From contig NBVN01000003.1 in the NCBI GenBank assembly GCA_003056265.1, forward strand, positions 60,001-92,000: 32,000 nucleotides of DNA. The letters are read 5' to 3'. Made by a program: the position numbers and the translations under genes. Positions 27,646 to 32,000 of this stretch are shown one piece after another. The first letter of the stretch is position 1. Every line of letters starts with the position of its first letter. The notes below the pieces were generated by a model. That model was given only the letters and a program-made list of their open reading frames with translations. It had not been told where the DNA came from and did no database searches. Origin of the DNA: Zestosphaera tikiterensis. Its GTDB lineage: Archaea; Thermoproteota; Thermoprotei_A; Sulfolobales; NBVN01.

Positions 27646-30570
27646 CTACTGATTCGTTATGAAATATATGCTTGGTCTGAATGGCATAGCTAAGCTTTTC
27701 TTGTTGCCTAAGTCAGGAGCTTTCTCATCATCTGACCTGTATATGGCTTTAATAGCTACTCCGGATTTCCTTTCAATATATTCTCTAAACTTCATCAGCA
27801 ATTCATGCTCGTTAAACGCGGTTAACAACTTAAAGGATTTAAGTATGTTTTCATTTAGAGACAGTACAGACTCCATTAAGTATTTACCGACTTTATAAGC
27901 TTGTTTATTATCCACTAAGGAATTCCTAATTATATAGTTTACTACATCGCGTAGGGTTCCTCCAGACGTCACTATATCAGCGATGTTGACGAAATGCCTA
28001 TATAGGTTTTCAGGAGCTACGTAAACTACCGCCTCCTTACTTTTAACTACCTCAGACAACTTCCTTAAATCGTCAATGAACCTACTTAAGTACTCCATTG
28101 AGAGCTCAGCTTCTATATCAACGTATTTTCTAAGGGTTTCTACATCCGGCCAAGCCTCCTTAACAACTAAGGATTTATTCCCTAGCTTATGCCACAACTC
28201 CTCAGCTAGGAATGGCGTGTAGGGTGACATCGCAATAACCCACATTCGAAGTACGTCTTTCAACGTTTTCGAAGGCTTCCCAACCATCTCTAAATACTCA
28301 GTTATGTCTTGATGTATTGAGTAGAATATTTTCAAACCAGCTGATCTAATCCTGACGTTCCGTAAATCTTCTGAAGCGGATAAGATGTGGTTAGCAAACC
28401 TAGAGAGTAACCACCTCTCCGGTAAGTCAATAGAGTCGTTAAGTTCTTTATAAACTTCATCAAACGAGCTTATGAAGTCATATATGGATTTTAACTTAGT
28501 AGCTAAGCTCTCCATTAAGTCTATATCTAGGTTAAGATCCGCCTCAACCTCAGCGCCTAAAGCTATAGCGAATCTAACTACGTCGGGGGAGAACTCCTCA
28601 ACGAGCCAGTGGATTGGGTATATATTGCCTTTAGATTTAGCCATCTTCTCCCCCTTAATTAAAACCCAACCGTTAGCTACTATCTGCTTAGGCCAGAACT
28701 CCTCTGGAAATATAGCTACGTGATTATAGACGAAGAACGTAAGGTGGTTTGGTATGAGGTCTTTACCGCTATGTCTTGAATCTAGAGGGTACCAATACGT
28801 GAATTCCTCTCTAATGTCCTTAAGGATCTCTTGCTTAATTCCTAATTTGCTGGAAAGCGTTGTTAAATCCCCTAAACCTAACATAACATAGTCCCAAAAC
28901 TCCTCACTCAACTGCTCTGGGTTTAAACCGTACTTACGTATCTTATGTATTACCGTGTAGAAAGCCATGTAAATAGTTGAGTCACTTAAGGACTCTATAA
29001 CCCATCCTTTAGCCCAAGGCAGTTCCGTCCCCAACCCTCTACTTCTGGTGCATGCTTTAGCTTTAAGCCAATGTACGGTGTTTATGAATTGAGTGCGTGC
29101 CTCCTCAGGGATTATACGCATATTGGATAAAGCCTTCAACACCATGTCCTTCCAGGCAGGGTTTCCATAATCTATAAACCACTGATCCTTAACTATCTTA
29201 ACTACTATCTCTGTCCCGCACCTGCAGTAGACTGGCGCGTTCATGACTTCATACATTACGTCACCTAACTTAAAATCAAGCAATAATTTCTTTATCTTCT
29301 CTCTAGCTACCTTAACCTCCTTGCCTGAGATCTCAGCAGCTATAAAGTTCTTAACACCGGGTAAGTGTTCAAACACTACAAGACCTTCAAGACCTACCCT
29401 CATAACGCCTAAGTCATGCTCTGCTTTATATACCTCCTTAGTCGCTTTATCCAGTAACTCGGTGTCGCCTTGTGTTGAGATGCCCAACTTCTGAACTACG
29501 TCGGCTGCGGGGATCTCACTAAACCCTTCAACTGTGATTAGAGGTATTGGCTTTAAATCACCCCATAAACCCCCGAGCTTCTTAGTTACGTACTCGCGTA
29601 GAGCTACGTAATCGTATGGGGCATGGGCTGGAACACTCATAACAACTCCAGTTCCGAATTTAAGGCTTACGAAGGAAGCTTCCAACACAGGAACGACGGA
29701 ACCTGTGATCGGATTTACTACCTTACTACCTACCAAATCAGACCCTGAAATTTCCTTTACTACCTTAACCTCCTTCTGGAACGACAGCTTCCTAGCCGCT
29801 TCACAGGAAATAACCCATTTCTCCACACCTGCTTCAGTATATACTTCAGTTATGCAGTACTTACCTCCAGGATTCACCCAAACGTTCGTCACCCCTAAGA
29901 CCGTTTCAGGTCTTAAAGTAGCGGCTACGAAGAAGTTCCCACCGCTCACGTCCTTAAACTTAATTAAGAATAGCTCATCTATTTCAGGCTCTACATCATC
30001 TTTAGTGTCGTGCATCCCAACCGGCATGTTATGGTAGGGGCACCAACCCACCGGATGAGATCCCTTAATTAAGTAACCCTTATCCAGCAGTTTCTTAAAC
30101 TGCCATCGTATAAAGGCTTGAAACTCAGGATCTATGGTTGTGAATTCCCTCCTCCAGTCTATGGAAAGGCCGTATCTACGCATTGCGTCCTTAGAGAGTT
30201 CGTGGAAGTATTTAGCTACGTCTAAAGGTTTTTTAAGCTTGGCTATGTCCTCCTTACTTAAGGCGAAAGCCTCAGCCAACCTCTCAACATATGATTCATC
30301 GCCGGAAGCTATTCTCTCCGCAGTAGCTAGTATCGGCGTGCCGGTGTAGTGAAACCCCATAGGGAACAATACGTTATAGCCTGAAGCCCTTAAAAACCTA
30401 GCTACTACATCCGGGATTAAATACGTTCGAGCATGACCTAAATGTGCGGGGCCGTTCGGGTACATAAAGGCCGCGGTTAAGAAATACTTAGGCTTCTTAG
30501 GATCTGGATCGGCTATGTAAACCTTCTCCCTATCCCAAACATCAACCCACTTCTTCGAGATCTCAACCAA
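27646..30570 (-). CDS. leuS: Leucyl-tRNA synthetase
   Basis: HIGH motif HLGHARTY and KMSKS motif KMAKSKGN. Archaeal-type length of 974 aa with a TTG start. Confidence 0.95.
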   Translation of the reverse strand: MVEISKKWVDVWDREKVYIADPDPKKPKYFLTAAFMYPNGPAHLGHARTYLIPDVVARFLRASGYNVLFPMGFHYTGTPILATAERIASGDESYVERLAEAFALSKEDIAKLKKPLDVAKYFHELSKDAMRRYGLSIDWRREFTTIDPEFQAFIRWQFKKLLDKGYLIKGSHPVGWCPYHNMPVGMHDTKDDVEPEIDELFLIKFKDVSGGNFFVAATLRPETVLGVTNVWVNPGGKYCITEVYTEAGVEKWVISCEAARKLSFQKEVKVVKEISGSDLVGSKVVNPITGSVVPVLEASFVSLKFGTGVVMSVPAHAPYDYVALREYVTKKLGGLWGDLKPIPLITVEGFSEIPAADVVQKLGISTQGDTELLDKATKEVYKAEHDLGVMRVGLEGLVVFEHLPGVKNFIAAEISGKEVKVAREKIKKLLLDFKLGDVMYEVMNAPVYCRCGTEIVVKIVKDQWFIDYGNPAWKDMVLKALSNMRIIPEEARTQFINTVHWLKAKACTRSRGLGTELPWAKGWVIESLSDSTIYMAFYTVIHKIRKYGLNPEQLSEEFWDYVMLGLGDLTTLSSKLGIKQEILKDIREEFTYWYPLDSRHSGKDLIPNHLTFFVYNHVAIFPEEFWPKQIVANGWVLIKGEKMAKSKGNIYPIHWLVEEFSPDVVRFAIALGAEVEADLNLDIDLMESLATKLKSIYDFISSFDEVYKELNDSIDLPERWLLSRFANHILSASEDLRNVRIRSAGLKIFYSIHQDITEYLEMVGKPSKTLKDVLRMWVIAMSPYTPFLAEELWHKLGNKSLVVKEAWPDVETLRKYVDIEAELSMEYLSRFIDDLRKLSEVVKSKEAVVYVAPENLYRHFVNIADIVTSGGTLRDVVNYIIRNSLVDNKQAYKVGKYLMESVLSLNENILKSFKLLTAFNEHELLMKFREYIERKSGVAIKAIYRSDDEKAPDLGNKKSLAMPFRPSIYFITNQ

Positions 30571-30863
30571 ATATTTGATGAAGTCTCTCCCGCCACTCGA
30601 ATTAGTAATTTAACTCACCTAACTCCATCTTCAATTTGAAGTATTAAAGCTTTCACCTAAGGAAATCAAGCATGTCGTTAAGTGGAAGTGAAGTGTAGCT
30701 AAGTTATTGAGTAAGCTACGTACTCTACACTAGTAAAGTTTGTAGATGGAGCTCACGTGTTAACTTAAGTAAATTACGTTACGATGAACGATGTAGTTGA
30801 AGATAGTTACCTATACTATATTAAAAACCACCCATAATTAAGGTTATTATTTGTTGTGTTTGA

Positions 30864-32000
30864 CTACTCTTCAACTACGTAGTTAGGTACGACTGGAGGT
30901 AATCCCTGCCTCTTAGAGCTTAATATGTTGAGAACTCTATGTGCTACTATAAGGAGCACTATGCCTGCTGGGAGCAGTATAAACCATTGAGTTAAGTTTA
31001 AAGCGAATAACGCGTAGAGAGCTAAGCCTACGAAGCCAGCTGTAGCTGCGTAAGGCAACTGCGTTGAGACATGGTCTATGTGATCAGCTGCTGAGAACAT
31101 TGATGACATGATTGTTGTGTCGCTTATGGGTGAGCAGTGATCTCCGAAGATACCCCCACCGAAGACTGCTCCGATGGATGCGAACGCTGTTAAGTAAGCT
31201 ATCTCCGGGTTGTTCGGGTACTGCATCAAAGCCAGTTGCCAAGCCATAGGTACTGCTATAGGCATCATAATTCCGAACGTTCCCCAACTCGTTCCTGTAG
31301 TGAAGGATATGAACATCGAGACTGCGTATATGATTAAAGGCACTAACAAAGGCGATAAACCGGCTACTACCGCACCATGTATTACGTAGTCGGCCGTGCC
31401 TACAGCGTCAGTAGCTGATTTGATAGTCCACGCATGAAGTAATATAGTGTTTGGTAGAACCATTAGATACATGCCCCTTATGGTTTGCTTCATAACTTCA
31501 TGGAACGACATCACCTTACCTAGTAAGATCCACGCAAAAGCAACGAAGTATGTGGCGAACCCGCCCCAGAATAGGGCTTTAGCTGTGTCAGCATTCATTA
31601 ACGCGTCCGCAAAGGGGGTCTCCCAAAATCTAGTCATGTCTTCAGCTCCAGTAGCCCAGAGACCTAAGATAGTTATGAAAACTAAAGTTAACATAGACAC
31701 TAGGAAAAGCCATCCGGAGGCTTGCTTCCTACCAGTCGGCTCAACCCCTAAAACCTCCTCCGTAGGGAGTAATGGCGTGGCATCATCTCTTAAAACCTTA
31801 CCTTCCTTCACAGCCCTATGTTCGGCTTTCAACATAGGTCCGTAATGCCTTCTCGACCAAACAACTATAAACACCATGATTATAGCTAGTAAGGAGTAGA
31901 AGTGATATGGAACGGCGTTTAACCACATAACGTAAGCACTCATATCTGGAGCTAAAGGTATAGCACCGCTTGCTGCTTGCTCAGATAAAGTGTTTATGGA
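30864..32000 (-). CDS. Na+/H+ antiporter NhaC-family membrane protein; N-terminus lies beyond the window end
   Basis: TGTSWGTFGIMMPIAVPMA motif and a polytopic sequence. The frame remains open from 31943 to nt 32000 (…SINTLSEQAASGAIPLAPD-M…), so the gene is cut by the window edge. Confidence 0.75.
   Translation of the reverse strand, partial: SINTLSEQAASGAIPLAPDMSAYVMWLNAVPYHFYSLLAIIMVFIVVWSRRHYGPMLKAEHRAVKEGKVLRDDATPLLPTEEVLGVEPTGRKQASGWLFLVSMLTLVFITILGLWATGAEDMTRFWETPFADALMNADTAKALFWGGFATYFVAFAWILLGKVMSFHEVMKQTIRGMYLMVLPNTILLHAWTIKSATDAVGTADYVIHGAVVAGLSPLLVPLIIYAVSMFISFTTGTSWGTFGIMMPIAVPMAWQLALMQYPNNPEIAYLTAFASIGAVFGGGIFGDHCSPISDTTIMSSMFSAADHIDHVSTQLPYAATAGFVGLALYALFALNLTQWFILLPAGIVLLIVAHRVLNILSSKRQGLPPVVPNYVVEE

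Noticed and set aside
30660-30863. Nested inverted repeats (AGTGTAG 30692-30698 / CTACACT 30725-30731 with inner GTAGCT / AGCTAC) and an ACGATG direct repeat in the leuS-NhaC spacer.
   Set aside because: The stems are short and sit in an AT-rich spacer that must hold the leuS promoter and the NhaC terminator. There is nothing distinctive enough to call.
27659-31845. Plus-strand ORFs inside leuS (27659..27898 through 30134..30349) and inside the NhaC gene (31447..31845), plus the minus-strand out-of-frame ORF 31084..31287.
   Set aside because: These are shadow or alternative-frame ORFs within well-supported genes.

Overview
This window is core-genome DNA from an archaeon, most likely a thermophilic crenarchaeote of Thermoproteales type (inference). 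The evidence is an unsplit rpoB, the minus-strand order rpoH-rpoB-rpoA'-rpoA''-rpl30e-nusA ... rps12 ... rps7-tuf-rps10, GC-rich tRNAs with introns (one at a non-canonical position) in an AT-richer background, GGAGGTG-type Shine-Dalgarno sites and TTTATAAG-type TATA boxes. The left third holds a flippase-like gene cut by the window edge, a half-size CHR transporter, a purine nucleotide cluster (guaA, a purine phosphoribosyltransferase, purA, a coupled FAD protein), a DJ-1/PfpI protein, tRNA-Ala, a MoeA-PBP fusion, an AbrB-type regulator, a membrane protein and an NSS sodium symporter. The right end holds tRNA-Lys, an HTH protein with a degenerate PRT-like fold, leuS and a partial NhaC antiporter. 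I saw no CRISPR array, mobile element, integrase or recognisable defence system. The most interesting signal is non-coding. A 629-bp spacer with no ORF of 60 aa or more splits nusA from rps12. It contains two G/purine-rich, hairpin-dense blocks on the + strand, antisense to the cluster, each behind a TTATAAG promoter-like box. I could not assign either block to a known RNA family, and the second could instead encode a 51-aa very basic micro-protein. Other items are a divergent BFN/DUF151-like gene inserted between rps12 and rps7, a textbook C/D box sRNA at 27103-27150, an untracked 35-aa single-TM micro-ORF coupled to the NSS transporter, and a roughly 90-100 aa Lys-rich N-terminal extension on RpoA''. 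All functional calls come from motif recognition by eye. No database search was run.
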